NCBI GenBank assembly: GCA_947475715.1 | Contig: CANJNY010000007.1 | Coordinates: 4,565 to 68,564 of the forward strand | Direction: 5' to 3' | From: Prolixibacteraceae bacterium | Lineage (GTDB): Bacteria; Bacteroidota; Bacteroidia; Bacteroidales; Prolixibacteraceae | Length of the DNA: 64,000 nt | Shown: piece by piece, positions 29,522 to 39,148 of the stretch | Numbering within the stretch: position 1 is the first letter of the stretch | How the letters are laid out: every line of letters starts with the position of its first letter | Made by a program: the position numbers and the translations under genes | The notes under the pieces: generated by a model | Database searches by the model: none | Seen by the model: only the letters and a program-made list of their open reading frames with translations | What the model was told of the DNA's origin: nothing

Positions 29522-30490
29522 ATGGGTAAAACCAATTACAGATTCAATCCCGAAACATTAAGCTTTGATAAAATCGAACGCAATATCAAGACATTGGTAA
29601 AGCGCTTGCTCGGTTACCTGTCAACCAGTCTGGCTTCGGGGGTGATTTTCTTCTTGATTTTTCTTCAATTCTTTGATCCGCCGAAGACGAAAAGTTTAAA
29701 GCGGCAAAACGAGCAATTACTTTCCCAATATAATCTGATGAATAAGGACTTCGAGAAGATATCAAAGGTTCTTGAGGATATTCAGAACCGGGATGACAAT
29801 ATTTACCGGGTTATATTTGAGGCTGAGCCGATCCCTTCGACGGTAAGAATGGCCGGTTTCGGAGGTGCAAACCGCTATTCAAAGCTTGAGGAGATGGATA
29901 ATGCAGAGCTGATTATAAGCACTACCCGCAAATTAGACATCCTTTCAAAACGGGTTTTTGTACAGGCCAAATCGTATGATGAGGTAGCCAAGATGGCATT
30001 AGGGAAGGAAAAAATGATTGCGAGCATGCCCTCTATCATGCCAGTTTCGAATAATGACCTCAAACGGACCGCCTCCGGATGGGGGATGCGGATTCATCCA
30101 ATCTATAAAATTCTGCGATTTCACTATGGAATGGATTTTGCAGCAGCTATTGGCACTCAGGTTTTTGCCACAGGCATCGGTGTTGTAAAATCGGCTGATC
30201 GTGAAACAGGTTATGGAAACACTGTTGTAATAGATCACGGTTTTGGTTACGAAAGTTATTATGCACATTTGAGTAGAATTAACGTACAAATCGGACAGAA
30301 AATAAGCCGTGGAGATGTAATAGGTTATGTGGGTAGTACAGGCACATCGACGGCACCACACCTTCACTATGAAGTGAGCAAAAACGGGGTGAAAGTAAAT
30401 CCTCAGAACTATTATTTCCAGGATCTTTCGCCTGCTGACTACGAGAAGATGATCGCCATATCATCCAATATGGGACAAAGTTTCGACTAA
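29522..30490 (+). CDS. M23-family metallopeptidase with N-terminal TM and coiled coil
   Basis: It has HYGMDFAA...GYGNTVVIDHG...TAPHLHYEV (HxxxD / HxH motifs) and the TM LASGVIFFLIFLQFF. Confidence 0.85.
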   Translation: MGKTNYRFNPETLSFDKIERNIKTLVKRLLGYLSTSLASGVIFFLIFLQFFDPPKTKSLKRQNEQLLSQYNLMNKDFEKISKVLEDIQNRDDNIYRVIFEAEPIPSTVRMAGFGGANRYSKLEEMDNAELIISTTRKLDILSKRVFVQAKSYDEVAKMALGKEKMIASMPSIMPVSNNDLKRTASGWGMRIHPIYKILRFHYGMDFAAAIGTQVFATGIGVVKSADRETGYGNTVVIDHGFGYESYYAHLSRINVQIGQKISRGDVIGYVGSTGTSTAPHLHYEVSKNGVKVNPQNYYFQDLSPADYEKMIAISSNMGQSFD

Positions 30491-30502
30491 AAAATATTTA
30501 TT

Positions 30503-30838
30503 GTGACATTCAAGGAACCCAAATCAGAGAAGCATTACTACTCAATTGGAGAAGTTGCGGTAAAATTCGGACTGGCCCCATCCACCCTGCGCTTCTGGGA
30601 AAAAGAGTTTGAAACGATCAAGCCATTTAAGAATAAAAAGGGAGACCGTTTTTATACCGTGGAAGATATCAATCATCTTGCACTGATTAACCATCTGGTT
30701 AAAGAACGGGGAATGACCCTGAAAGGGGCGAAGGCCAAAATCAAGGAAAATAAGTCCGAGACTGAGAACACTTTTGAAATCGTACAGAAACTGCAGCAAA
30801 TCAAGAACTTTCTCCTCGAGATCAAGGAGACATTATAA
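30503..30838 (+). CDS. MerR-family helix-turn-helix transcriptional regulator
   Basis: The segment YSIGEVAVKFGLAPSTLRFWEKEF is a typical MerR N-terminal HTH. 111 aa. Confidence 0.8.
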   Translation: MTFKEPKSEKHYYSIGEVAVKFGLAPSTLRFWEKEFETIKPFKNKKGDRFYTVEDINHLALINHLVKERGMTLKGAKAKIKENKSETENTFEIVQKLQQIKNFLLEIKETL

Positions 30839-30890
30839 GCTTCGATCTGAGATTCTGGCAGCTCTGCATTATTAAAAATTCTAAAAATCA

Positions 30891-32006
30891 ATGAATTTCA
30901 CCATGATTGTCAGTGAGATCATCACTCATATTGAATCTGTTGCTCCACCCTCTTTTCAGGAATCGTATGACAATGCAGGGCTTATCATCGGGGATCCCAA
31001 TACTACTATAACCTCAGCTCTGTTAACTCTTGATGTGACAGAAGCGGTTATTGACGAGGCCATTGAAGCAGGTTGTGAACTTATTATCGCTCATCACCCA
31101 ATCCTTTTCAAAGGGATTAAAAGAATAAACGGGAATAACTACGTAGAGCGATGTATTATAAAAGCGATTAAAAATGACATTGCAATCTATGCCGCCCATA
31201 CCAACCTCGACAGTGTAATGGGAGGTGTAAATGCAAAGATCTGTGAAAAAATGGGGTTAACTAACCTGCGGATTCTGGAACCAGCTAAAGTCCAGCTTCT
31301 CAAGTTAGTTACCTTTATACCGGATGAACATCTCGAAAAAGTTCGGGATGCCCTCTTTAATGCAGGCGCCGGTACAATCGGAAAATACGACAAATGCAGT
31401 TTTGGGACAACGGGGACAGGCACTCTCCGGGGAGGCGAAGAGGCAAATCCCTATGTAGGCGAAGTTGGGGTATTGCATTTCGAGAAAGAAACACGTATAG
31501 AAACGATTATCCCGATACATTTGAAAAATAATATCATCAAAGCGCTCCTTGATACACACCCTTACGAAGAGGTGGCCTACGATATTTATCCACTGGAAAA
31601 CAACTTTCAGGAAGTGGGTTCAGGGATGATCGGAGAACTTCCGGGAGCAGAACAGGAGATCGGTTTTTTATCAAGGCTCTTGCAAATTTTTGGATGTAAA
31701 ACCATACGCCACACATACTTACTTGGAAAACCGGTAAAAAAAGTTGCCGTTTGTGGTGGGTCAGGAAGTTTCCTCCTTTCTGCCGCAATCAGAGCAGGGG
31801 CCGACATCTTTGTTACTGCCGATATGAAGTACCACGATTTTTTTGATGCAGAAGAGAAAATCGTTATCGCCGATATCGGACACTACGAAAGCGAACAATT
31901 CACCAAGGAGCTTTTTTATGAAATACTTATAAAAAAATTTCCTAACTTTGCACTCCGTTTATCGGAAGTAAAAACAAACCCTGTATTGTATCTTTGTGAG
32001 CAATAA
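30891..32006 (+). CDS. Nif3-like dinuclear metal centre protein
   Basis: It has IIAHHPILFKG and AAHTNLD metal-ligand motifs, an inserted PII-like domain and a C-terminal GHYESE. Confidence 0.9.
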   Translation: MNFTMIVSEIITHIESVAPPSFQESYDNAGLIIGDPNTTITSALLTLDVTEAVIDEAIEAGCELIIAHHPILFKGIKRINGNNYVERCIIKAIKNDIAIYAAHTNLDSVMGGVNAKICEKMGLTNLRILEPAKVQLLKLVTFIPDEHLEKVRDALFNAGAGTIGKYDKCSFGTTGTGTLRGGEEANPYVGEVGVLHFEKETRIETIIPIHLKNNIIKALLDTHPYEEVAYDIYPLENNFQEVGSGMIGELPGAEQEIGFLSRLLQIFGCKTIRHTYLLGKPVKKVAVCGGSGSFLLSAAIRAGADIFVTADMKYHDFFDAEEKIVIADIGHYESEQFTKELFYEILIKKFPNFALRLSEVKTNPVLYLCEQ

Positions 32007-32027
32007 AAAATTGTAAAATTTCAGAAT

Positions 32028-32816
32028 ATGCCAGTAAATACTATCAAAACAACTGAAGGTAAAGAGGTTTCTATCCAGGAGAAACTCAAAATGCTTTATG
32101 AACTTCAAACAGTTGCATCAGAAATCGATAAGATTAATACCCTGCGCGGAGAACTTCCCTTGGAGGTTCAGGATTTGGAAGATGAGATTGTTGGATTAAA
32201 GACCCGTCTTGCCAACTTTAGCGAAGAGCTGAAAAGCCTTAACCTGGCTATTGGGAATAAGAAAAGTGAGATCAAAGATTCGAAGACAAAGATCGATAAA
32301 TACAAGGAACAACAGGAAAATGTGCGTAATAACCGCGAATTTGATTCCCTGTCAAAGGAAATTGAGTTCCAAACTCTTGAAATCGAACTTTCCGAAAAGA
32401 AAATCCGTGAGTTTACCATTGAAATAAAAAGTAAAACCGAATCATCTGAAATCTCCGAGAAACTTTTTAAGGAGCGCGAAGAAGATTTGATCCGCAAGAA
32501 AAAAGAGTTACAGGAGATCACTGCAGAAACTGCTGTAGAAGAAGAAAAACTTAAAAGTAAAGTAACCAAGATCGAAAGCCTTATTGAAGATCGTCTGGTT
32601 ATGGCTTTTAACCGGATCCGGAAAAATGCACGTAATGGACTGTCAGTGGTAACGGTACAACGGGATGCCTGTGGAGGGTGTTTCAATAAAATTCCACCAC
32701 AACGTCAGTTGGATATCGCATCAAGAAAGAAGATTATTGTATGCGAATATTGCGGCAGAATTCTGGTTGACAAAGACATTGCAACTCCGATCGAAGAGAT
32801 TGAACATCCGGTTTAA
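32028..32816 (+). CDS. Coiled-coil protein with C-terminal C4 zinc ribbon (COG1579/DUF164-type, usual Nif3 neighbour)
   Basis: A long heptad-rich region is followed by CGGCFNKIPPQ...CEYCGRIL. Confidence 0.8.
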   Translation: MPVNTIKTTEGKEVSIQEKLKMLYELQTVASEIDKINTLRGELPLEVQDLEDEIVGLKTRLANFSEELKSLNLAIGNKKSEIKDSKTKIDKYKEQQENVRNNREFDSLSKEIEFQTLEIELSEKKIREFTIEIKSKTESSEISEKLFKEREEDLIRKKKELQEITAETAVEEEKLKSKVTKIESLIEDRLVMAFNRIRKNARNGLSVVTVQRDACGGCFNKIPPQRQLDIASRKKIIVCEYCGRILVDKDIATPIEEIEHPV

Positions 32817-32840
32817 TTCCAAACCGAACCATTGATATTA

Positions 32841-32873
32841 AAACCCATCCTTACCCGATGGGTTTTATTTTTG
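32841..32873 (+). terminator. Rho-independent terminator after the zinc-ribbon gene
   Basis: AAACCCAUC-cttaccc-GAUGGGUUU is followed by UAUUUUUG, 25 nt after the stop. Confidence 0.7.
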
Positions 32874-32935
32874 CTCCTAATTTTCGAAATATTCTTTTGA
32901 CACCCATTTTATTCATAATGAATTCTATATCCGTC

Positions 32936-32979
32936 GCTAATCGGGTATATACGAATATAAACGTAATTATCCGATTAGC
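32936..32979. repeat. 9-bp perfect inverted repeat upstream of ssb (possible operator or leader hairpin)
   Basis: GCTAATCGG (32936-32944) and CCGATTAGC (32971-32979) are separated by 26 AT-rich bp. The repeat lies about 80 bp upstream of the ssb ATG. Confidence 0.3.
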
Positions 32980-33056
32980 TCACAACTGGAAGAAAATATT
33001 ACCATAACTTTAACTGAAATTTTTTATTTGTTCATTTAAATAAAGGTAAAAAAGCT

Positions 33057-33401
33057 ATGAATTCATTAAAAAACAGTGTGCGGCTGATTGGCCATCTAGG
33101 CGATGATCCAAAGATCAAAAAATTAGACGGAGAGAAATCGGTGGCCAATTTTACAATTGCTACCAACGAAAACTCTCGAGATCATGATGGCAATAAAAAA
33201 CAAGAGACGACCTGGCACAAACTAGTTGCATGGGGCAAAGAGGCAGAATATGCCGGAAAATATTTAAAGAAAGGTACAGAAATTGCCATTGAAGGTAGAA
33301 TTACAAATCATTCTTATGAAGATAAGAACAAGGAAACTCACTTCGTTTCAGAAATTTGGGTAAACGACATTCTGATTCTTGATAAAAAAGAAGTCCATTA
33401 G
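33057..33401 (+). CDS. ssb: Single-stranded DNA-binding protein, OB-fold only (no acidic C-terminal tail)
   Basis: MNSLKNSVRLIGHLGDDPKI...TTWHKLVAWGKEAE...IEGRITNHSYEDKNKETHFVSEIWVND is a canonical SSB OB fold. The ORF ends at 114 aa without a Gly/Pro-rich linker or DDDIPF-type tip. Confidence 0.85.
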   Translation: MNSLKNSVRLIGHLGDDPKIKKLDGEKSVANFTIATNENSRDHDGNKKQETTWHKLVAWGKEAEYAGKYLKKGTEIAIEGRITNHSYEDKNKETHFVSEIWVNDILILDKKEVH

Positions 33402-33512
33402 AAATCCCATTTCTATGACAGGGTAACTAATCATGAACTGAATAGTCACCCTGCCACTTCTTCTCAATGACCTTTGCTTCTGCGCAGAGAGATGATCTTT
33501 GCTGACAGCAAA

Positions 33513-35645
33513 TCATTCCGCCTGTTTCATCGAAAAGGCTATTCGCTTGCGTTGCAAATCAACCTCCAGCACTTTAACTTTTACATGTTGGTGGAGTTTG
33601 ACCACCTCTGCCGGGTCGCTGATATATTTGTTGGCAAGTTCACTGATATGAACAAGTCCATCCTGCTTGACTCCCACATCGACAAAGGCCCCAAAGCGGG
33701 TTATATTGGTTACAATACCAGGCAGAACCATTCCAACGTGCAAATCCTTCATCGTAAAGATGCCATCGGCAAATTCGAAAACCTTGATTCCGGAACGGGG
33801 ATCCAATCCCGGTTTGGCAAGTTCTGTAAGAATATCATTCAATGTGGGCAGCCCCACCTGTGCATTCACATATTTTTCTGCAACAACCTCTTTACGAAGA
33901 TTTTCAAGCCCGATTAACTCCTCCACCTTACATTTCCTGTCAGCCGCAATTTTACTCACCAGCGCATAGCGTTCCGGGTGTACTGCAGAATTGTCAAGTG
34001 GATTGATTCCTCCAGGAATACGAAGAAATCCGGCACATTGTTCAAAGGCTTTGGGCCCCATCCTGGCGACCTTCTTCAATTCTGTACGGGCAGAGAACGG
34101 ACCATTCTCTTTCCGGTAGTCGACAATATTCTGAGCGAGTAACGGGCCCAAGCCCGAAACGAAATTAAGGAGATGACTGCTTGCCGTATTAACATTCACA
34201 CCAACCAGATTCACGCACGACTCTACGACTGCATCGAGCCCCTTTTGCAATAATTTCTGATCCACATCATGCTGATATTGACCCACACCGATCGATTTAG
34301 CTTCGATTTTCACCAGTTCAGCCAGAGGGTCCATCAGCCTGCGACCAATAGAAACAGAACCACGTACAGTAACGTCATATTGCGGAAATTCATCGCGGGC
34401 AACCTTCGATGCCGAATATATGGATGCCCCATCTTCACTGACGACAAAAACCTGTATCGGACGGTCAAAGGTGATCTTTTTAATAAATGCCTCCGTCTCC
34501 CGGCTTGCTGTCCCATCACCTATTGCAATTGCATCAATCTTATAGGTAGCGACAAGGGCCGAAACCTTCCGGATCGACTGACTAACCTCCAATTGTGGCT
34601 GATGGGGATAGATAGTCTCGTTGTGAATCAGGTTTCCCTGTGCATCGAGACAGACCAATTTACAACCACTTTTGTATCCCGGATCAAGTGCAAGAACCCG
34701 TTTCTGTCCCAGTGGGGCAGCCAGAAGGAGTTGTCTGAGATTTTCGGCAAATACACGGATTGCCTCTGCATCAGCCTGGGCCTTGGACACTCCAAAAAAT
34801 TCATTTTCAATGGAGGGAGCCAGTAACCGTTTATAGCTCTCTTTAACGGCCAGGGAGACCTGAACACCACTCTCCTTCCTGCTTTTCACAAAATAATTAT
34901 CCAAAGCAAACAAAGCTTTCTCCTCCTCAGGGGCTACACCGAGTTTAAGAAAACCCTCCTTTTCACCACGACGCATCGCGAGTAACCGGTGAGAAGGGCA
35001 CCGCTTCAAAGGTTCATAGCAGTCAAAATAATCCCGGTATTTTATCCCCTCCTCCTCCTTCCCTTTAACAACATGCGAAGAGACAACAGCTTCACGGGCA
35101 AATAGATTCCGGACGATGTTTCGTGCACTCTGATCTTCATTGATCCATTCGGCCATGATATCCCTGGCCCCGGCGAGGGCCTCATCAACATTGGGAACCA
35201 GATCATTCAGAAACAGAAGCGCACGACCTTCAGGATCGGGCTCATATTGCCTGATAATCATTAAAGCCAGTGGCTCGAGCCCCTTTTCCCGTGCAATCGT
35301 AGCACGGGTCCTCCGTTTAGGTTTAAATGGAAGATAGATGTCCTCCAGTTCATTCAGATCATAGCATTTTTCAATCTTTGATTTTAATTCGGGAGTGAGC
35401 AACTCCTGCTCCCCTATGGTCTTAAGAATCGTCTCCTTTCGCTTATCCAGCTCCTCCAGCTGCTCTTTTGCAGCCTTAATATTTCCGATTTCGACCTCGT
35501 CAAGACTACCGGTCATCTCTTTACGATACCGGGAGATAAAAGGAACGGTTGCTCCTTCGTCTAACAAAGTAATGGTATTAGCTATTTGTCTGATGTTGAT
35601 GCCAAGTCGTTCGGCAATCAACTGGTGGTTTTTCTGAACTGTCAT
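33513..35645 (-). CDS. tex: Tex-family transcription accessory protein (YqgF/HhH/S1 domains)
   Basis: 710 aa. The N-terminus reads IANTITLLDEGATVPFISRYRKEMTG and the C-terminal S1 domain reads GMVLPGIVTNITRFGAFVDVG. Confidence 0.95.
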   Translation of the reverse strand: MTVQKNHQLIAERLGINIRQIANTITLLDEGATVPFISRYRKEMTGSLDEVEIGNIKAAKEQLEELDKRKETILKTIGEQELLTPELKSKIEKCYDLNELEDIYLPFKPKRRTRATIAREKGLEPLALMIIRQYEPDPEGRALLFLNDLVPNVDEALAGARDIMAEWINEDQSARNIVRNLFAREAVVSSHVVKGKEEEGIKYRDYFDCYEPLKRCPSHRLLAMRRGEKEGFLKLGVAPEEEKALFALDNYFVKSRKESGVQVSLAVKESYKRLLAPSIENEFFGVSKAQADAEAIRVFAENLRQLLLAAPLGQKRVLALDPGYKSGCKLVCLDAQGNLIHNETIYPHQPQLEVSQSIRKVSALVATYKIDAIAIGDGTASRETEAFIKKITFDRPIQVFVVSEDGASIYSASKVARDEFPQYDVTVRGSVSIGRRLMDPLAELVKIEAKSIGVGQYQHDVDQKLLQKGLDAVVESCVNLVGVNVNTASSHLLNFVSGLGPLLAQNIVDYRKENGPFSARTELKKVARMGPKAFEQCAGFLRIPGGINPLDNSAVHPERYALVSKIAADRKCKVEELIGLENLRKEVVAEKYVNAQVGLPTLNDILTELAKPGLDPRSGIKVFEFADGIFTMKDLHVGMVLPGIVTNITRFGAFVDVGVKQDGLVHISELANKYISDPAEVVKLHQHVKVKVLEVDLQRKRIAFSMKQAE

Positions 35646-35789
35646 AGCTGCAAATCTAATAAGAATTTCATAATCGGAACATGTTTAGAGCGTAATATTC
35701 TCCATAATTAGACATCTCCAATCCACATAGTTTATAAAAGAAAGATCAATAATTACCAATATATATTTATATTTGAAAAACTAATTATC

Positions 35790-36923
35790 GTGTCAATGAA
35801 CCAAAGAGTTAAAAACATTATCGTAACTATAGCATTAGTGCTCCTGGGTTTTCTGGTGTACTATTTTAGTTATATTGTGACATATATCCTGATTGCAGCG
35901 GTTTTGGCCTTGATTGGACGCCCGGTTGCACGAAAATATCATCAAATAAAAATCGGAAGATTTAAAATGGGAAAATCGGGAGCAGCTTTACTGACGCTTC
36001 TGACTCTTTGGTTGGGGTTGCTTAGTTTCTTTGGATTCCTGATTCCTATGGTTGTATCGGAGGTGAACCAGTTATCATCGATTAATATGCAGGAGGTGAT
36101 CAACTATCTGAATACGGCCATGGGTCAGGTAAAGGAAAGTTTTCCCCAGATTGCATCAACCATTCCGATGGATGGAAATCTTGAGACATATCTGGAGAAC
36201 CAACTCAAAGGGTTTCTGAATGTTGAACAGGTTAGCAATCTTTTTGGATCAGCTGCCAATGTACTTGGAAACCTTTTCCTGATGATCTTTTCAGTCTCAT
36301 TCATTCTCTTTTATTTTCTGCAGGAAGAGGAGCTTTTTCGTAACTGGATTCTGGTCCTTGCTCCTGAAAAGTACGAACAAAGGGTTTCGAATGTAATGGA
36401 TAAAGTGGGAAATCTGCTTAAAAGATATATGATCGGAATGTTACTTGAAGTGCTTGGGGTAATGATCCTCTCTGTAACCGGATTCACAATTGCAGGATTA
36501 GGTTTTGGCCACGCCGTAGTGGTAGGTGTTTTCGCCGGAATTCTCAATGTAATTCCCTATATTGGTCCATGGATTGCAGGATTATTCGGCCTCGTTGTTG
36601 CCGTGGCGAACAACCTGAATTCGAATTTTATGGATATAACTCTGCCGCTGATGTTTTGGGTCTTGGTTGTAGTAATGGTGGTCCAGTTTATTGACAATAT
36701 GATTATCCAAACCGTAATCTATTCCAGCAGTATTAAAGCCCATGCCCTGGAGATATTTTTTGTAATCCTCATGGCCGGTGGGCTGGCGGGTATACCCGGG
36801 ATGATTCTGGCAATACCCGTTTATACCGTTTTGAGAGTTATTGCGGGAGAGTTCTTTTCAGAATTTAAGATTGTTCAGCAGCTAACGAAACCGGACCCAA
36901 CTCCCGAAGTTGAAGATATTTAA
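35790..36923 (+). CDS. AI-2E family (PerM/UPF0118) transporter
   Basis: 377 aa, multi-TM, with the NVIPYIGPWIAG motif typical of the family. Confidence 0.8.
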   Translation: MSMNQRVKNIIVTIALVLLGFLVYYFSYIVTYILIAAVLALIGRPVARKYHQIKIGRFKMGKSGAALLTLLTLWLGLLSFFGFLIPMVVSEVNQLSSINMQEVINYLNTAMGQVKESFPQIASTIPMDGNLETYLENQLKGFLNVEQVSNLFGSAANVLGNLFLMIFSVSFILFYFLQEEELFRNWILVLAPEKYEQRVSNVMDKVGNLLKRYMIGMLLEVLGVMILSVTGFTIAGLGFGHAVVVGVFAGILNVIPYIGPWIAGLFGLVVAVANNLNSNFMDITLPLMFWVLVVVMVVQFIDNMIIQTVIYSSSIKAHALEIFFVILMAGGLAGIPGMILAIPVYTVLRVIAGEFFSEFKIVQQLTKPDPTPEVEDI

Positions 36924-36926
36924 AAA

Positions 36927-37838
36927 CTATGACACCATGGCGTTATAAACCAGGAAGATAAAAACCACAAGCGCATAGGAATTAATAAGAATAAAAGCTT
37001 TATGTATTGTTTTTGCGTTTTTTTCACCGAATAGGAAACGGTGAAATAACAGGATAAATCCAAAATTCATAACCACAATAAGGGTAAACAATATTGGTTT
37101 AAAGTAAAAACCAAAGAATGGAAAAAGCATGAGAAAAACAGAGGTAATTACACCCCAATAAAAGACAACCGATTTAATCTGTCCTTCGTTGAGTGTTTTT
37201 GAAATCGAAGAAAATCCGGCCATTTCATACTCCTTACCATATTTAATCATCAGCAACCAAAAGTGAGGGATCTGCCACAGAAAGACAAAAACTGCAATAA
37301 AGATCGCATTGGGATGAAATATATAAAAACCGGCAGAGGTCCAGCCCATAAGAGGTGGGACTCCTCCAACCACCGCCCCGGGAATAATCGCAAGCCAGCT
37401 CCGGGTCTTTAAGGGGGTATAGATCAGATTGTAAAATACAATATTTGACAATCCTAAAACCATCGGTATCCATCCGTTTAGACTAAGCAGAGCTGTACCA
37501 CCAATCAGAAGTATTGCTGAAACGACAGAAGCAGATCTTGTTGATATTTCACCGGATGGAATAGGGCGGTGACTCGTACGAGCCATTAAACCATCGCGTT
37601 TACTTTCCTGAATCTGATTGAGTACCGTTGTACCAGCTGCAAGAAAAAATACACCGGCAAACAGATAAAATGCAGCAATTCCCGGAGAACTGCCGGTAAG
37701 GAAATAACCGGTAGTGGCCGAAACAGTAACCATCAACGACAACCGGATTCTGGTTAATCTGACCAGAACATCAAAATTTTGTTTAAGACTGTTATTTTTG
37801 TTCACCCGCTGTTTTAAAATAATCAATAATTTTATCAA
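36927..37838 (-). CDS. cyoE: Protoheme IX farnesyltransferase (heme O synthase)
   Basis: UbiA-family polyprenyltransferase features are present (NQIQESKRDGLMARTSHRPIPSG), with about 8 TM segments. It is the last gene of the oxidase operon. The track start is a TTG at 37838 and an in-frame GTG lies at 37805. Either start overlaps the subunit II 3' end. Confidence 0.85.
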   Translation of the reverse strand: MIKLLIILKQRVNKNNSLKQNFDVLVRLTRIRLSLMVTVSATTGYFLTGSSPGIAAFYLFAGVFFLAAGTTVLNQIQESKRDGLMARTSHRPIPSGEISTRSASVVSAILLIGGTALLSLNGWIPMVLGLSNIVFYNLIYTPLKTRSWLAIIPGAVVGGVPPLMGWTSAGFYIFHPNAIFIAVFVFLWQIPHFWLLMIKYGKEYEMAGFSSISKTLNEGQIKSVVFYWGVITSVFLMLFPFFGFYFKPILFTLIVVMNFGFILLFHRFLFGEKNAKTIHKAFILINSYALVVFIFLVYNAMVS

Positions 37839-38727
37839 GATCTTCTCCTTTAATCACATCCTTATACGACTGCATCAGACCTTTATTGAACCCTTTAACA
37901 ATCTCGGAATTAGGATCTGTGATCGACCTTTTAATATAAGCCTCATCGGCCACAATCTCCTTTTCACCCTGAGCAGTAACTACCATTTTTTTAGAGCCCA
38001 GAAGACCCTTAAATGAAGGACCAATCACCTTTGTTCCGTCTAACGAATGGCAGGCAATACAAGCATTTGCCTTTATTATAGTCAGACCGGGATGCTCGAC
38101 TCCCGGACCAGAAACTTTTAGATCGGCAAGCCATTTATTAAATTCAAGACTATCCACCACGATCACTTTGGCGGTCATTCCGGAGTGAGCCAACCCACAA
38201 TATTCGGTACAGAAAATATCAAAACTTCCTTTGGATATAGGCTGAAACCACAGATAGTTGTTATATCCGGCAATCACATCTTCCTTGACCCTAAATGCCG
38301 GGATAAACAAGCCATGGTTCACATCCTCAGAAAAAAGGTTAAGCTTTACATTCCTGTTAAGCGGAACAACAAGGTCTTTTGAAATCTTACCATTGCCGTA
38401 ATCAAAACTCCAGGACCACATACGACCAATCGCCTTGACAGGCATTGCATTCGCAGGGACCTTACGCATGGGAGCAAAACCAACCCAGCCATAATAAAAC
38501 ATGATTAAGACAAGTATGAGGGGAACTACCGTCCATATAATCTCAAGTTTCAAATTTCCGTGAAACTGCTGCGGATTCTTATTCCTTTTCCGCGAAAAGT
38601 GGATCAGAATATAAATAATTAACGCTACTATTGCTATCGTAAAGATAAAAGAAACGGCGAAAATAAATATAAACGCCCGATCTACAGCTTCGGCTAAATT
38701 GGATGCTCCAGAGAACATTGTTGTCAT
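37792..38727 (-). CDS. ctaC: Cytochrome c oxidase subunit II with fused C-terminal cytochrome c domain (caa3-type)
   Basis: The CuA site is H(GLFIPAF)...CTEYCGLAHSGM and the C-terminal heme c motif is CIACHSLDG. The track start at 38757 is a TTG inside the subunit IV gene. I used the ATG at 38725-38727; another ATG lies at 38718. Confidence 0.9.
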   Translation of the reverse strand: MTTMFSGASNLAEAVDRAFIFIFAVSFIFTIAIVALIIYILIHFSRKRNKNPQQFHGNLKLEIIWTVVPLILVLIMFYYGWVGFAPMRKVPANAMPVKAIGRMWSWSFDYGNGKISKDLVVPLNRNVKLNLFSEDVNHGLFIPAFRVKEDVIAGYNNYLWFQPISKGSFDIFCTEYCGLAHSGMTAKVIVVDSLEFNKWLADLKVSGPGVEHPGLTIIKANACIACHSLDGTKVIGPSFKGLLGSKKMVVTAQGEKEIVADEAYIKRSITDPNSEIVKGFNKGLMQSYKDVIKGEDLDKIIDYFKTAGEQK

Positions 38728-38737
38728 AATATAGAAA

Positions 38738-39022
38738 TTATCTGAAATAATAGTCAATAAATGTGATCACAATTATTATCGCGAACAGAAGGAATATCCC
38801 TCCAACCATCAAACGCAAAATAAGACTTTCGAATTTGAGGTGCATAAAATAGGTTAATACAATTGTGCATTTTATAGATGCCAGTAAGAGTGCCATTGCC
38901 ACAGTGAAAGCCCCTAAGTGGAATTTTATTACCAAAATAGAGGTAAGTGTAAGAATAAGCAAAACAAGCAGCACCTTAAAATTCAGTGCATAGCTCGTTA
39001 TATGACTGTCGTGATTATCCAT
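38738..39022 (-). CDS. Small three-TM protein, cytochrome c oxidase subunit IV-family (caa3 type)
   Basis: 94 aa, very hydrophobic, positioned between subunit III and subunit II. The call rests on size, topology and context. Confidence 0.6.
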   Translation of the reverse strand: MDNHDSHITSYALNFKVLLVLLILTLTSILVIKFHLGAFTVAMALLLASIKCTIVLTYFMHLKFESLILRLMVGGIFLLFAIIIVITFIDYYFR

Positions 39023-39078
39023 TCAATAAAGCTTTGAAATTCAATTAATAATTATAAAATATGTCAATTCCAATCTGC

Positions 39079-39137
39079 TGTATTTCTATTAATCTCCAGT
39101 AAAAAAACTATTGGGGAAATAAAATTATAGAAATACA
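39079..39137. repeat. 11-bp perfect inverted repeat in the coxIII-coxIV intercistronic spacer
   Basis: TGTATTTCTAT (39079-39089) and ATAGAAATACA (39127-39137) are separated by a 37-nt AT-rich spacer, inside the 126-nt gap between two operon genes. Confidence 0.4.
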
Positions 39138-39148
39138 TCTGTTGGATA

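Noticed and set aside
32874-33056. Possible RNA gene (tRNA or RNase P RNA) in the spacer after the Nif3/zinc-ribbon pair
   Set aside because: The region is AT-rich and lacks a cloverleaf or conserved RNase P helices. Only a short palindrome is present, and I report that separately.
36923-36927. Three-bp gap between the convergent AI-2E transporter and heme O synthase genes as a special feature
   Set aside because: This is tight convergent packing without any structure. It is probably just compact genome organisation.
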